From NCBI RefSeq assembly GCF_009914755.1, contig NC_060933.1: a stretch of DNA of 64,000 nucleotides; one strand, written 5' to 3'. Within the stretch, counting starts at the first letter, position 1. Each line of letters begins with the position of its first letter. The notes beneath the pieces are model-generated. The model saw nothing but the letters and a program-made list of their open reading frames with translations. It was not told the origin of the DNA and ran no database searches. Both the position numbers and the translations under genes were made by a program. This DNA is from the human T2T-CHM13v2.0 reference genome, Homo sapiens. Positions 39,116 through 54,609 of the stretch are shown here, in pieces.

Positions 39116-40370
39116 GGATATTGGTCTGCTTGGGCTGGCTTAACAAAATACCAAAGACTGAATGACTTAAACATAAATTTATTTTCTAATTCTGGAGGAG
39201 AGAAAGTCCAAGATCAAGTGTGGCAGCACCACCTCCATAACTGTAGGCCAGTGTCCGAATCCCAAGGCTATAGGAAACCCCACCCTTACATCACTCCAGG
39301 ACAGTCCTGCCCTCAAGGCTCTGAACAGAGGTTGTCTGACCTGTTGAAACTGTGGCAGTAGCCCTGATAACTTCCCTCTTGGAAGAATAGTGAATGTTTG
39401 CAGCCAAAAAGCCCTATTGTCCTGTCAAGTCCAAGAAGTCCAACAGTCTTTCTTCACTTTGTCCCATCTTTGTCCCTTCAGTAAAAACTGGCAGGATTTC
39501 AGCTGGTATAATCCCAAAAGCTCTTCTTGAAGTGACAGTCTAGCCACACTCTTGGTGTTCTCTTCAGAGTACGCTTGCTTTTTTTGCAATATAAACAGAC
39601 TGAAAATTTTCCAAATCTTTAGGTTTGGTTCCTTTTATTTTTGTTTAACAGTTTGTTCTTCAATTCCTCTCTCTCCTCTGACATTTTACCATAGCAATCA
39701 AGAGGGACTAAGCCACCCTTTCGACACTTTGCTCAGAAACCTCCTCAGCTAAACATCTAATTTTATTGCTCATAAGTTCCACAAAACACTAGAACACTAT
39801 TCAGCCAAGTTCTTTGCTGCCTTATAAAAAGGATTGATTCTCTTCCAGTTTACACTGACATGATCCTCATTTCTACATAAGACTTCATCAGAACCGCATA
39901 TATTTCTTTCATGCAACTCAGAACTCTTCTAGCCTTTATTATCAAGATGCGAAGACACTTCCAGATTTTTTAGGTATTATTCATAGCAGCACCCTATTTC
40001 TTGATGTCAAAGTTTGTCTTAATCAGCTGGGTTGCCATAACAAGATACCATAGACCAAGTGGCTTAAACAAATGAAATTTCTTTCTCACATTTCTGGAGG
40101 CTGGGAAGTTCAATACCAAGGTGACAACAAGGTAGATCTTATTCTGAAGCTCTTCTCTTGGCTTGTTGGTGGTTGCCATCTTGCTGTGTGTTCACATGAT
40201 CTCTCCTTTGTGTGTAAGCAGAGAGGGAAAGAGAGAGCGATCTCTTCCTCTTCTTATACAGCCTCCAATTCTATCAAATTAGGATCCCACCTTTATGACC
40301 TCACTTAACCTTAATTACCTCTTCAAAACCCTGTCTTTATAGCAGCTGTGTTAGAAGTTATTCAATGGAT
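39116..40370 (-). mobile_element. Internally deleted MaLR provirus (MLT1A-like): partial LTR, internal region, full LTR
   Basis: LTR end at 39116-39225 parallels 40015-40120 (aacaaaatacca...ttctggagg...aagtccaagatcaag vs aacaagatacca...ttctggagg...aagttcaataccaag). The intervening sequence resembles MaLR-int. Confidence 0.75.
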
Positions 40371-41829
40371 TCATCATACAAAATGTAAAACACATCAAAG
40401 TTTCAAGAAAAAATAGAAATCACACATATGCATACCCATGACATAGAGATAATCACTGTTAATAATGATGGGTGTGTTTCTTTTCAGTCTTTTTCTAAGC
40501 ATTTTCCTGAACCCTGTCCCCTAACAAAAGCACATCAAATATATGACTGAGTACCCATCCATATGTATCTGTTTTACATACATAATATATATGTATTAAA
40601 GGGGTATGGTATTATAATATTATTTCACAATTTGTCCTGTTTTTAAGAACACAGACTTCTTTAAAAAATCTTCAAAATTATAATTTTAGTAACAGTAAAA
40701 TATCCCACATTTTATCAAAATTTATAAAAGCTTCCTTATTATTTTGTTTCCCATTATCATGTTACAAATAACAATATGATAAACACATCATTCATAAATC
40801 TTAGCTCTGTAAAAATAACCTAACTATAATCTACATCTACCTTCAAGAACAAAGTAAAAGGGTTCAGCTCCCCACTTTCCAATCTGTACACTTACTGCTA
40901 CTATCATTGTTTGACTTCAGACAACACATTCTTTATTTCACTGTCCTTCTTCTTTTTTTGATAATTTGCATTAAAAAGTTTATTAACCCCTAAGTACTTT
41001 AATTCCTTTTGTCATGTCACAGAAAGAATTGAAAATTATATATTTTTAAATAGACACAATCACATTGAAATATTATGCATTCTTGACGACCTCTCACCCT
41101 CATGCCTCTATATATGACTGATATTTGGCCAATTCCTCATTTTTTAAAATATATGAGGTGTCAACCCCTCCAAGAAGCCAGATTGATTAAAATTTATTTT
41201 ATATTTGCACGACCCCCATTCCATGAGCACCTCTCCATTGTAGCATATTGTGTTAAAATTAATGTATTTACATGTCTCTTCCCATCTAAGATTATAACTC
41301 TTATGAAGGCAAATAATGTATCTGTTTCTTCTTTGTACCCTTAGCACCTAATGCCATATGACACATAATTATTTATTAATGAGAGTTGAAACAAACATTT
41401 GAACTAAAATATTATGGGCATGCTATGGAGGTATAATTTTTTCTAATCTATCTACATTTTATAATGCGGTGTTCCATCTTTGATCATACTAACAAAACCT
41501 AAAATTAAATCAAATGCATTCAAAATATGCTTGTGCAACATGAAGACCCCTTATGTATGACACACAAATCTTTAAAAAATAAATGAAATTTTGAAAAGAA
41601 GTTCGCAAAAACCGTTGCCCCCACTTCAAAGAAAAGAGTGCCCACCTAAAAAGATAAAGACAAATATTATCACATGTGCTTACATAACTCAAAACTTACA
41701 AATGTATATTAGAATCATTCCTCTTCTATTAATAGGATGATTGAGATTATTATTAAGAAGTTTAAAACAAAATCCAGCTGATTACAGAAATGGAAAAAAG
41801 TAAAATCATATTTATTATATGTTTATTAC

Positions 41830-42030
41830 ATAACAGATATAAGAAACACTTTAGGCTAATTGTATCATTTTAATGCCTCCACAACCCCTGTGATTATTGT
41901 TAATAAATTCATTTTATATCTTAGGTAGCTTCTCCAGGATTCCACGGATAGCAAGTGACAGACTCATACTTCAAACCCAGGAAGGTCCAATTTCAAAGTC
42001 ACGATCCCCCCAACTGCCTCACAGTGTAAT
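41830..42030 (-). mobile_element. MIR SINE
   Basis: ttaatgcctccacaacccctgtga...ttccacggatagcaagtgacagactcatacttcaaacccagg. Confidence 0.6.
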
Positions 42031-42845
42031 AACACCTAGGAAATGTTCTAGTTTTCAGTTCATTACCGGAAATATCATTTTCTGGAATATCAGGAGAAAA
42101 GAGTGGTAATGACTAACAGCAGGCTCGAGGTTGAAGCTGCACATCCATGGGAAACTGAGATTATTTGCATTGTGCTATGTTTGATTAAGTCCCTGCCAAA
42201 TGTCATGCCAAAGCCTTGACACAACAGAGATTTGTGCCTGGAGCCATTCATTCCCTGTCTGGCAGTGCACGTCAGCTGGCTTATTTTCTTTGGATATTCT
42301 AAAGTCACATTAGTCTCTTTACAGATATGGAAAATGACCAAAAAATTATATGAAAAAGAGTGGCAAAAAAAATATCTGGGAGAGTTTTCAATTTTATTAT
42401 CTCAGAAAATTATTAACATACGCATTTATAGGAGGCTTTCTTTTTCCATATGAGTAACACTGCAGAAAACATAGAGTATGTTTTGGGCCAAATAAAAAAT
42501 ATGAGTATGTACATATAACCGTATTTCCCCAAGCATTACGTTTGCATGAGATAGAACAGGCATCAATTACTAATGATAGTATATATGCCTACATTTTTCT
42601 GATAACCTCAAACCAATGATGCCCAACTTTTATTTCAATGTAAAATTACTCTAATACAGGGAAAAATAAAGAACAGTGACTCATCAAGTCATGTGTGGGG
42701 CTGGAAGAACCTTGAATAGGATAGCTGATCTAGAGAAGTTTTAGAGAAACCCTTGTCAGACATTGTGAATCTATTCAATATTTAAATATATCTACAAAAA
42801 TGATAACTAACCTTCTCCCACTACCTAATCCTGAAGCTTACGTAA

Positions 42846-43154
<309 letters not shown>

Positions 43155-44002
43155 CGTAAATTCTTTATATGTTAGTTCAAGCAATTTTTCTCTTGTTAAT
43201 TTCTCTTTAGAGAAGCCGTGATAATTAATAGCTCCTGTATGTGATATTTATTTTGTCAGTTGTCATCCTCCTTCACGACTGTCCTCAGGAATCTTAGTTC
43301 CCTTACTCAGTACTCACAGGTTTTCCTCTATGTAACGTTTATTCATCTTATACATTTTCTTTTCAACTCTCTTTTATAACTCAGTTATAGCTCATGATCT
43401 TTTCAATAATCTTTAATAACATCTTTTTTCATGATAGCATTCCAGTTTGAAATAACAGGCATTGTGTATTAACCTTGAACTATCCCCCCTATCTTTCATG
43501 TAGTACGTTTATATACTGTTTACTGAGCTGTTAATGTGTTTATTTTCCTAATTCCTTCCTCTTTTTAAATTGGTTTTAATTCTAAATGTATTTCTCTATT
43601 TGTTCCCCCAAAACCTAGATACTTTTAGGTAGTTCTTGCCTGATAATTTAATTTACATATGTCCTATTTCAATAATTTCATCTTCAGAGTCATTAAAGAC
43701 ATGTTAAACATCTTTCATCAACCTTTGAATAGTTCCATTATTTAACTTGCAAGAGCATTAGTGTTAACAGTTCTTTTAATATAGATTGTATGGATTAAGG
43801 CTTTCTGTACCCAGGCAATGGTATATATTTGATAGCCAGAATTCTAATTCTGATGTTTTCTCACTATTACATATTACCAGACAAAAAGTGCATGTCCCAT
43901 GATACCGTATTTCCAAGCATGCAACAGTAATATAATTATTGTCATAATATTTTTATACTTCATTTATGGAGAAATTTTAAAATATATTTTAAATATACTC
44001 AC

Positions 44003-44044
44003 CTTTGTCCAAGGCACATTCTGCTGTGGTCTCAGGACAGAAAC
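44003..44044 (-). other. Candidate 42-nt internal exon of an unidentified transcript
   Basis: Minus strand: ttctttcttttatattag|GTTTCTGTCCTGAGACCACAGCAGAATGTGCCTTGGACAAAG|gtgagt. About 50% GC in very AT-rich unique flanks; length divisible by 3. Confidence 0.55.
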
Positions 44045-45359
44045 CTAATATAAAAGAAAGAATATTTCTATTAATATACTTAGTAAATGCATAGATTGAG
44101 AAATACCAATATATAAAACTAAAATAAGAACAAATTTTAAAACTCCATCATTGCTCATATTGTGTATCTTCCCATTAATTTCAAAAAGATGTCTTATCTT
44201 TTTTTTTAATTAAAGCACATTAAGACAAAAAAGACAGAATGCAAATACTCTGTAATACTTCATAATTTGAACCCAAAGGACTTCTGTTCCTTTATGTCTT
44301 AAAATAAACTTTCCAGGAAAAAATTATAGAAAGAAAGAACATATACAGATATCAATTTTATGCAAAAAATCAAACATCGCTTTTCAAAAATGCTACATGA
44401 ATTATTAGATTTAAATCAGAAAGATGAAGCAGGTTAAATAGATTTTATAATAAAAGCATTATAATGTTTGTTCATCAAAAAGTGGCAGTGAAGCACTCAT
44501 TAAAGTTAACAGAGATAGACTTTTATAGTAATAATGTTTCAAAAACTTTCAGGCAGTGCATCTAGAATGAAGGCACAGATAATAGATTTAAGTATGTTCT
44601 AATGAACTTGAGTACTTTAAACATCAAAAGAGAAAATAGAATTGCTGAGTTGAAGCACCAAATTTCTATTATTTCTAGCTTATTATTCTATCAGATGCAG
44701 TGTCACATTTCTAAATATGTTCAGAAACTCATCTACCTAAAGGCACAGATTATCTAAATCTGAGAACTCACATTGCAAATGTGATAAATCTAATTATAAG
44801 AATTTCAATTAAATGTAGAAGGAAAAAATCACTTTGTTCATATGTTCTGGCATTCTATCTGCCTAAAATTTCCAGAAAAAATCTATTTATCTTGTGATCT
44901 CTACTACTATTTTGGAGTAAAATTTTTTGCTATGAATGAAAAATAACACCCTAAAAAAATAGAAGTATAAGCAATTTTCTTCCATATTTAATATTCTCAA
45001 ACTCAAAGAATTTCAGTTCTAGAAGAAACCTAACTGGACCATCCAGTAAACTGGATTCAGACTTATGATTTAAGGGATTGGTTGTTATTGTTATATGAAG
45101 ATGTCTATGGAGCTACTGGGTGATGGAAGGAAATCAGGTTACTGTGTGTTCTAGAATGCTCCATAAGCTATCATCGAAACAGCACAAAATACAAGTGCAT
45201 CCATACATACACCATCACTTAGATCATATAATAATTAGCAACAGGATGTTGTTGCTTAAAATACATTTATGCTTGTGGTTTTATACATATATAAAATCCC
45301 CTAGGCCAACTTCTTTATTTGATGGCCAAAACTAGTCTTTTTCACACCTTCTAGATTTT

Positions 45360-45540
45360 ATTTGAATCTTGGTTCCTTGGATAGCTAATCAGCCAACGCT
45401 GTAGACTACTTACATACCCTCTCTGAGACTTGAATTTTCATGTACAATGAAGCAGTTGTAAAGATTAAATGAGTCATTACAAATAAATTGCTTAGAACAG
45501 TTTTTGGGACATAGTGACTAATAAATGTTAGCTATTAAAA
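45360..45540 (+). mobile_element. MIR SINE
   Basis: gttgtaaagattaaatgagtc...gcttagaacagtttttgggacatagtg...ataaatgttagctatta. Confidence 0.7.
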
Positions 45541-46380
45541 CTATTAACATTTGAAAAGTAAAATATTAAATAATTTTGATATTTTAAATATACTTATGTC
45601 TTATTCATAAATGATATTTCTACTCTACCACCCGTCAGTGTAAAAACCTTAGCTTATGTTTCATTTCTTCTCTTATTATGTTCAAATTAATTGAGAAACA
45701 CAAGTATGGATGATAAACTTTATTCATGAATTTTACATCAGAGAAATCAAAGTAAAAATGGCAGTACTTTTTTTTTGCCAGGGACGAAATGAGGCATTTT
45801 AAATTCTTCCTAATAGCTATAATTTTATGTTCTATGCTTACATGCAGTCTGGCATGACTAGAGAAACAGAAAACCTCCTTAAATGACAAGGAAACAAAGT
45901 TTTCCACAGGTCACATAAGAATCCAATTGTCTAATAGCCATGAAAACAAAAGTATGGGGTAAAGGGATTGCTTAAACCTCTGAATAGTCAGCATTACTGC
46001 CAGGCTATGATGAATTTATCACAGAGAAACGTGGTACGAACGTAATCAGGGTTGAGCTTAAAGAGTAAACAGACAAACTTCAGTTTGTAACATGCACATC
46101 TCTCTAGCCATTAGGAATAGCTTCGGCATTATAATCGGATTAAGGTTACTTGTTCTGATTTTTCTGATAGGCACATACACCCTAGGATGGGAATAAGTTA
46201 TAGAACGAAGGAAAGGAGGAGGCATATTTACTATTTAAGATTGGTTTAATTTAACTTTAATATAGGCTAATATTAGGAGGAAATAAGACTTCAGAAGACA
46301 AAAAGAAAAAATGAACAAAATAACAACAAGGAAAGAAGAAAAATAAAACGACTATGAGCTTAATAAGAAAAGTTCTGAAA

Positions 46381-46836
<456 letters not shown>

Positions 46837-46840
<4 letters not shown>

Positions 46841-47508
46841 ATGTGCAGAACTTGCAGGTTTGTTACACAGGTATATATGTGCCATGGTGGTTTGCTGCAC
46901 CCATCAACCCATCATCTACATTAGGTATTTCTCCTAATGCTATCCCTCCCCTAGCCCCCCACCCACCAACAGGCCCCGGTGTGTGATGTTCCCCTCCCTG
47001 TGTCCATGTGTTCTCATTGTTCAACTCCCACTTACAAGTGAGAACATGTGGTGTCTGGTTTTCTGTTCCTGTATTAGTTTTCTGAGAATGACGGTTTCCA
47101 GCTTCATCCACGTCCCTGCAAAGGACATGAACTCATTCTTTTTATGGCTGCATAGTATTCCATGGTGTATATGTGCCACATTTTCTTTATCCAGTCTATC
47201 ACTGATGGGCATTTGGGTTGGTCCCAAGTCTTTGCTATTGTGAACAGTGCTGCAATAAACATTCATGTGCATGTGACTTTATAGTAGAATAATTTATAAT
47301 CCTTGGAGTATATATCCAGTAATGAGATTGCTGGGTCAAATGGTACTTCTAGTTCTAGATCCTTGAGGAATCGCCACACTGTCTTCCACAATGGTTGAAC
47401 TAATTTACACTCACACCAAAAGTGTAAAAGCGTTCCTATTTCTCCACATACTTTCCAGAATCTGTAGTTTCCTGACTTTTTAATGATTGCCATTCTTACA
47501 GCGTGAGA
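46837..47508 (-). mobile_element. L1PA7/8-like fragment lacking its 3' terminus and poly(A)
   Basis: ORF 47263..47493(-) is the ORF2p cysteine-rich domain (CGEIGTLLHFWCECKLVQPLWKTVWRFLKDLE). The 3' UTR stops at acatgtgcagaac. Confidence 0.95.
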
Positions 47509-49192
47509 GAAATTTTATATTACATCACAATTTAACAAGTAACAACCAAAGTCACTTTTAAGAAAAATACGGTGGTTTAATCTTACTTTTTTTAAAATTT
47601 ACACCAAAATAACAACTGAACTTCCATAAGCAAAACTAAGATACATTTGTATTGGTATTAGTTATATAAAGATGCAATATGTTCAGTGTCTTGAAATAAA
47701 ACTAATCCTTGAACACAGTATTATTTTTTGTCACCATTTAATGTAATCTAAAGTGAAATTTTCCACTATTCTCATTCTGCTTGTTTTCAAATGTCTCATT
47801 CCTATCATAATACTCAGAGTACTTAACCTGTAAAATATGAATGTTTTCTTAATATTGATTTAGTGATGCTGACAACATAAAAAACAGGCCATGTTTGTTT
47901 GTTGATTGCTTCCAAGTATATTCACTGCACAGGTCGAAAATCTGGAGAAAAAAATAATTCCATAAAACAGTTCATTAATTACAGATGGATTTCTAGAGCC
48001 AAAGAAGTATATTGATGAAATGAGAAGAGGAAGGGTAGGAGGTGAGGGGAATTTTGTTTTTGTTGCTGTTATTTTACAGTTACTGTGCTTTAAAAGAGAG
48101 GTCTATATTTAGAGCCTACTTGGAAATGGTCAAATATGCACAGTAATGCAGTATCATTAGAACTACAAATCTTTCCTGTGTTTTGACTACAATAAGAGGT
48201 ATTCTTACAAAAGCAGATGGAAGTCAACAATTATTACTTCACCAGAGCAGAATCACTATTTTACTCCAAAACAAATTAAATGATCATCACAATGATTTAT
48301 GCACCTTATGCCCAATCTGAATGTTGTAAAGTTGCTCAAGATTATGTTCTTTTTCCCACCTTTATTAACTATTAGTATCTAATAAATTTGACTACATAAT
48401 ATATCTATATAATTTCCAGAGATACACATAGAGTCAATGTTTTATATCATTTCTCATCACTGTCTATTTCTTTTAAGGTATCTGATAGTTAACACATTCA
48501 TAAGTGTGTGTATATATAAGCTGCATTTAAAAAACATATTTCCAAACCTAATTCATATTCTGAAGTACATAATTATTTTATGTCATTTGTGGTCAAAATT
48601 CGATGTATCCATCTTGTTACTGTAATGGAACCAACCATGTCACACATGACAAGTTTATAACCATAAGAAGTTGAGCTTATCGTGGAAGCCTTTCTCTCAG
48701 TTGTATCATTGTTTCCCTGTCAAAGCTGTCAGAAGATCATAAGGATAGGCAGCAGAGTTACTCCACATCACCTTATTTAAATGTTAAGCCTTTAAAATAA
48801 CTTACTTTTTTCAACCTATCTTGGAGGAACTTTTAACTTCATTTTAAATTCCCTACTGACATACAACCCAATTTCAAGAGCATACATCCCTACTGATGTG
48901 TGACGTTTCAATGACATTCTGTATTCCAAAGAAAGATGCTCTATACAGTGTGTAAACCGAATTTAAGAAATCAAATAAAATTATTATTAAATCCAATGTC
49001 TTTGTATCTGCTTAAACCAGATGTGTTGTAAACAGAATGACTTCAAAATAAATCCAGAACAATAAGTGTGCAACATATTTTACTCTCATAAAAGACAGTA
49101 ATGATGCCATAATAATTAGTGAATAAACAGATAAGCATCATTGTTTATTTGTATTACATTTTAAGAAGAAACTAGAAATTTCAACATATTGG

Positions 49193-49583
49193 TGTTATGC
49201 GCTGAATTGTGTCCCATAAAATTCCTGTGTTGAAGTCCTAACCCCCAGTACCTCAGAGTATAAGTGTATTTAGAGATAGGATATTTTAAAGGGTCATTAA
49301 GTTAAAATAATGCCATTAGTTTGAGCCCTAATCCAATGTGACTGGTGTCCTTAAAGAGGAGGATGTTAGAACACAGCGAGAGATACACAGAAGACAGACC
49401 ACATGAAGACACAGAGAAGACGGCCATCTACGAGACAAGGAGAAAGACTCTCAGAAGAAATTAACCTTGCTGATAGCTTGGTCTTGAACTTTTAGCCTAC
49501 AAAATCATGAAAACATACATTTCTGTGGTTTAAGCTACCCAGGGTGTGGTACTTTTCTATGGCAGTTCTAGTAAACTAATACA
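49193..49583 (+). mobile_element. Solo LTR MLT1A0/B-like
   Basis: TGTTATG...ctgaattgtgtccc...gaagtcctaacccccagtacctcag...aaactaatACA. Confidence 0.9.
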
Positions 49584-49929
49584 ACTGATAATTTCCAGTT
49601 AGAGTGTAGCTTTACACAAATATGCGACGGGTAAATTTTATCCTTAGTGTTCTTGCATTTTACATTTAACATTTATCTCTCACGGGCTCATATAATAGAA
49701 GCTCTCTTGATATTCCTAGGTTTCAAAGGGTTGTCCATCAGTGGACACAAGCTTCTCTTTCCTGCTCTGCAAATGCCTTCTAAAGCAATCTATTGACCTG
49801 AAGAGTGTCTATCACAAACACTTTAGTTACTGAGAATAGCTTAGTATATATCTGTCTCTGATGATATCTGTCTATATAAAGTAAATACTATCTTTTTTCA
49901 TATAGCAAGTCTTTCACGTTGTTTTGATA

Positions 49930-50350
49930 GTAATGAGCAGGTGTGATAAAATTGCCATCTTCACTCATTGCTGGTGGCACTATAAATTGAAAAGCAATTT
50001 ACAAGCTTGCATCAAAGTCTTAAAAAATATTTGCTCCCTTTTACTCAGTTATTTCACTTCTAGGAATCTCTCAAAACGACACATTCACGTATGCTGACAA
50101 ACATTGATGTATTCTGATCATCCATTTCAGTACTATTTATGCTAGTCCCCTTCTTTCTAAAAAAGGAAATAAGCTAAATGCCTTATCATAGAATAAACAA
50201 ACTGTAGTATTCCCATAGCACATAGGAAATATTGTGCTTTTATTTGTAAACCATGTTTTCAAAGATAACTTACTGTCATATGAATATCAAGTGAATTTTA
50301 TGGTTTTAGATGAAGAGATAAGTGTATAAAAAGATCTCATTGGGTTAAAC
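49930..50350 (+). mobile_element. L1ME-like fragment
   Basis: cactcattgctggtggcactataaattg...ccctttactcagttatttcacttctaggaat. Confidence 0.55.
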
Positions 50351-52779
50351 TATATTAATACAAGAAAATCAAGAATTCCCTTTAATGTAAACCTCCTTTC
50401 CCTCCTCATCCCCCCAAATGAATAGTTTCTTTTTATAAATCAGAGTAAAACACTCAGAATAAAGAAGGATATATGCCTCACAAGGGTTTTTCAGCACAGT
50501 TCTCCATCCTCTTAGGAAGCCCAGGGAGAAGAATGTTTCTTCCCACAGTTATAATATATGAATACAATGTGGTAACTGCTTCACTCTTGAAGTCTCCTGC
50601 TTCTCTCTAATATATACATGATGATTGACAGTGATGACATCCAATTAAAACTTCCCCTTTCTCATTTGGAGGATCAAAAGGTAATCTTCCTTAATTCTCT
50701 AAGAGAGGTATTATAGAATATCTCATGACATAAGACATAAAGAATAAAGAGTATTCCATCCTCTGCTCCATTCCCTCATTATAAGGTACATACACTGCTA
50801 TATTAGAATGAAACAGTCTAAGCCTTGTTGTACCATGATCTCCAAGTGAGAGTTTAGCAAATTCATATTTTTACAAATAAAGAAAGCATTGTAAAAGGCA
50901 CCTGGTCATGAATGCCAATTTATGCTGCTGAAGCAAGACTGATACCAGGTTGCCTGGAACATTCCAACATCCAATTCTTTTATAAACTGTGAAGACAGGT
51001 GCAAGGCCCTTTTGGTATACTCTACCCACAGAAATCTTGGGGAAAAAAAAAGATAAGCACTGTTCTTAGTGGTTATCTCTGAGTTGTGATTTTCTTTATT
51101 CTGCATCTTTAAATTATTTTTCCACCATAATATTATATTGCCTGTACAGGCAATGTCAATGTTTTATTCCAGAGGAGTGAAGTGTTAATCTCCTATTCTA
51201 CAAACATGAAAAATAGGCTGGACTCATGCAGGTAAGTGGACATCTACTCTGCCTTTGCACTAAGGTCTGCCTTGTTCAAGTCATAGTGCTCAAAATGAGT
51301 TATACTGACAATGCTAAGGATATCGGAATCAAGAGTTCCAGGTCACAGTGTGCCCCGCAGCTAGAAATGATGAATCTTCAGGTGCTACTTGGCTCTTCAA
51401 GATCATTAAAACACATGGAGTTTGATTTTAATTTGTATCATCCTAGAGGACTTTTTATCTAAAATTCAAATTTCCTAAATTTAGAATTTTGGGGGCTAAG
51501 AGAATATTGATACATATTTACATACATTCACATTTTAAGATGTATTTTACTATCTAAACAACAGTGCACTGGTGAAAGTGCAAAATCCTTTTAACACAGT
51601 GGATAGGGTGATGATTTGGGCTCAGGGTCCAAGGGTTCAAGCACGAGGTTCCATCATTTATTAACCTATGTCCTTTAAGAAATCACTTGTCCTTACTAGG
51701 AATTGTAGTTGTCTGATTAATCTCATAGTGAATACCATCAACTTCAACAGCCAGCTAAGGCCACCAGCCTAAATAAATATCTGTACCTATAAAACATTCT
51801 TTCTATATATGAGCTACTAGTTCTATTCATCAGGCATTGAGCTCTTTAGTTTGAAGGATCCATTATACTTTTAAATGTGATGTAGGCATTCATATAGAAG
51901 CCTTGAGGGAGTTATTTTTTTAAAAAAGATTCTAAGTAAATGCTAATCATTACAGTGTGTCATAGCCTTAACATATTTCTTTTGTCTCCGTTTTGTTAAC
52001 ATATTGTAAACCTGGCAGTCTCCAGGAGGGTTAATCGTTATATTCTTTTGCTGTTTTATGCATGATAGTACCTCATAAATGCCTGATCTTCAAAACAATC
52101 ATAAGCTACAGCAACAGAAAACAAAGTAATAATGGAATTAATGTGGAGTAATGGCAGCTCTGACATTATGCTGGGTTGTACATCATTATCGAAATGTAGC
52201 ATTAGTACCTGAAAAGGAGACAAGATGAAGGAAGTAAGTCCCTCATTATTTCTGAGAGCTAAACTTGAGCACCAGTTTGGAGAGTCGAATGCTCCATTAT
52301 CATCAGTCTGTAACAGGCATTTACGTATCTGTCACCCCACAAGTTCATCAACTAATTGCATTAATAATCGAATCCCATTTTCCTGTGTCTTTTTAATTTT
52401 AACCACAGAGAATTTTATCCATGAAGGTCACTTGTTTTATTGTACTGCTAACACAGACATATCACCATTAATACTTGAGTTAAAATATTTCTCTGAAGCT
52501 GAAGGGCTGGTTCCTTGTGAATTTTAATCTACGGGTTTTAAGAAGGAGGAGATCAGGGTCCTAAATTCTTGTTTAGTCAGAATCTCTCCATCTTTGGGCA
52601 AGTTATTTAACCTGTTTGACCTCATTTCCCTCATCATAGAATAAAATAATTAGAATTACAATCAAATAATTAATTCACCTCTGTATTTCTAGGATTTTAC
52701 ACCTAAACTTTCTTCTGGAGAGAAGAGTAGTAGATAAAAGATTCATGCAGCATTCAGAGGCTAGAATTCCTAATTGATC

Positions 52780-53730
<951 letters not shown>

Positions 53731-54522
53731 GTGAAAAAATAAACAATATGATTCATAGTGTAATTTATTATTTGTTGCTCTTTTTGCATGTGTTGAATCC
53801 AAAATACGATCTACTCCCTTCTAGCTAACAAGAAAAAAAAGAACATGCTAGTTTAACAACCTAATCAGCCATTACATGTTAAAATGAAGATAGTGACTTT
53901 TACTAAACTTTTCCTTTACTTTAAAATTACTTTTTTTCAAAACCTTAAATTGAAAACAAAAGGAAGATCAATATAGTCTCATAAAGCACTATTTATATTC
54001 TCTTTCCAACAACTGCTCACTTCCACTTCATAGCACACCAGACAGCAAAGCCCATTCGTTAACTAGATAATAACCAGCTAATTTTACACACACATTTTCC
54101 AGTCAGTACATACTTTCTCCTGTCCTCTGGGTCGAAAGGCATAAATTCAGGGGATCAATTTTCTAGTCATTTACTAAAAATACCTTTTAAATTGAACATC
54201 CATGTGAGGACAGTCTGGGTACCACTGAAGAGTTGTTTTATAAACACATAGCTTGTCATGTACAACTTCACATTTTGAAACAGATATGCTAGTTGTTATG
54301 GCTAACATGTAATATAGTAAGAACACTGGAAAGTAAAAAATTAGAAACACTCTTACCTCTGGTCCTCAGATGTTCCTCAATAAAATGAAGTGATCAAAAT
54401 ACATTTTTAAAAACATTCTAAGTCCAGGATACTTATTTTGGAGGAGAAAAATCTTTCATAAATATCTGGTACCACTTTCCTCTGAAGCATCCCCAACACA
54501 AATAAAAATATGCACATACATG

Positions 54523-54550
<28 letters not shown>
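54523..54550 (+). repeat. (CA)14 microsatellite
   Basis: Perfect run. Confidence 0.95.
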
Positions 54551-54553
<3 letters not shown>

Positions 54554-54609
54554 CTAAATGTTTACGTGTCAAAAATAAATTCAACTATTTAAGATAAATA
54601 TATAATTCC

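Noticed and set aside
38825-39361. Longest ORF in the track (178 aa)
   Set aside because: Runs across an L1 tail, filler and a MaLR LTR; no domain-like features; chance ORF.
54351-54365. Minus-strand donor GAG|gtaaga
   Set aside because: No convincing partner acceptor or promoter; an isolated signal.
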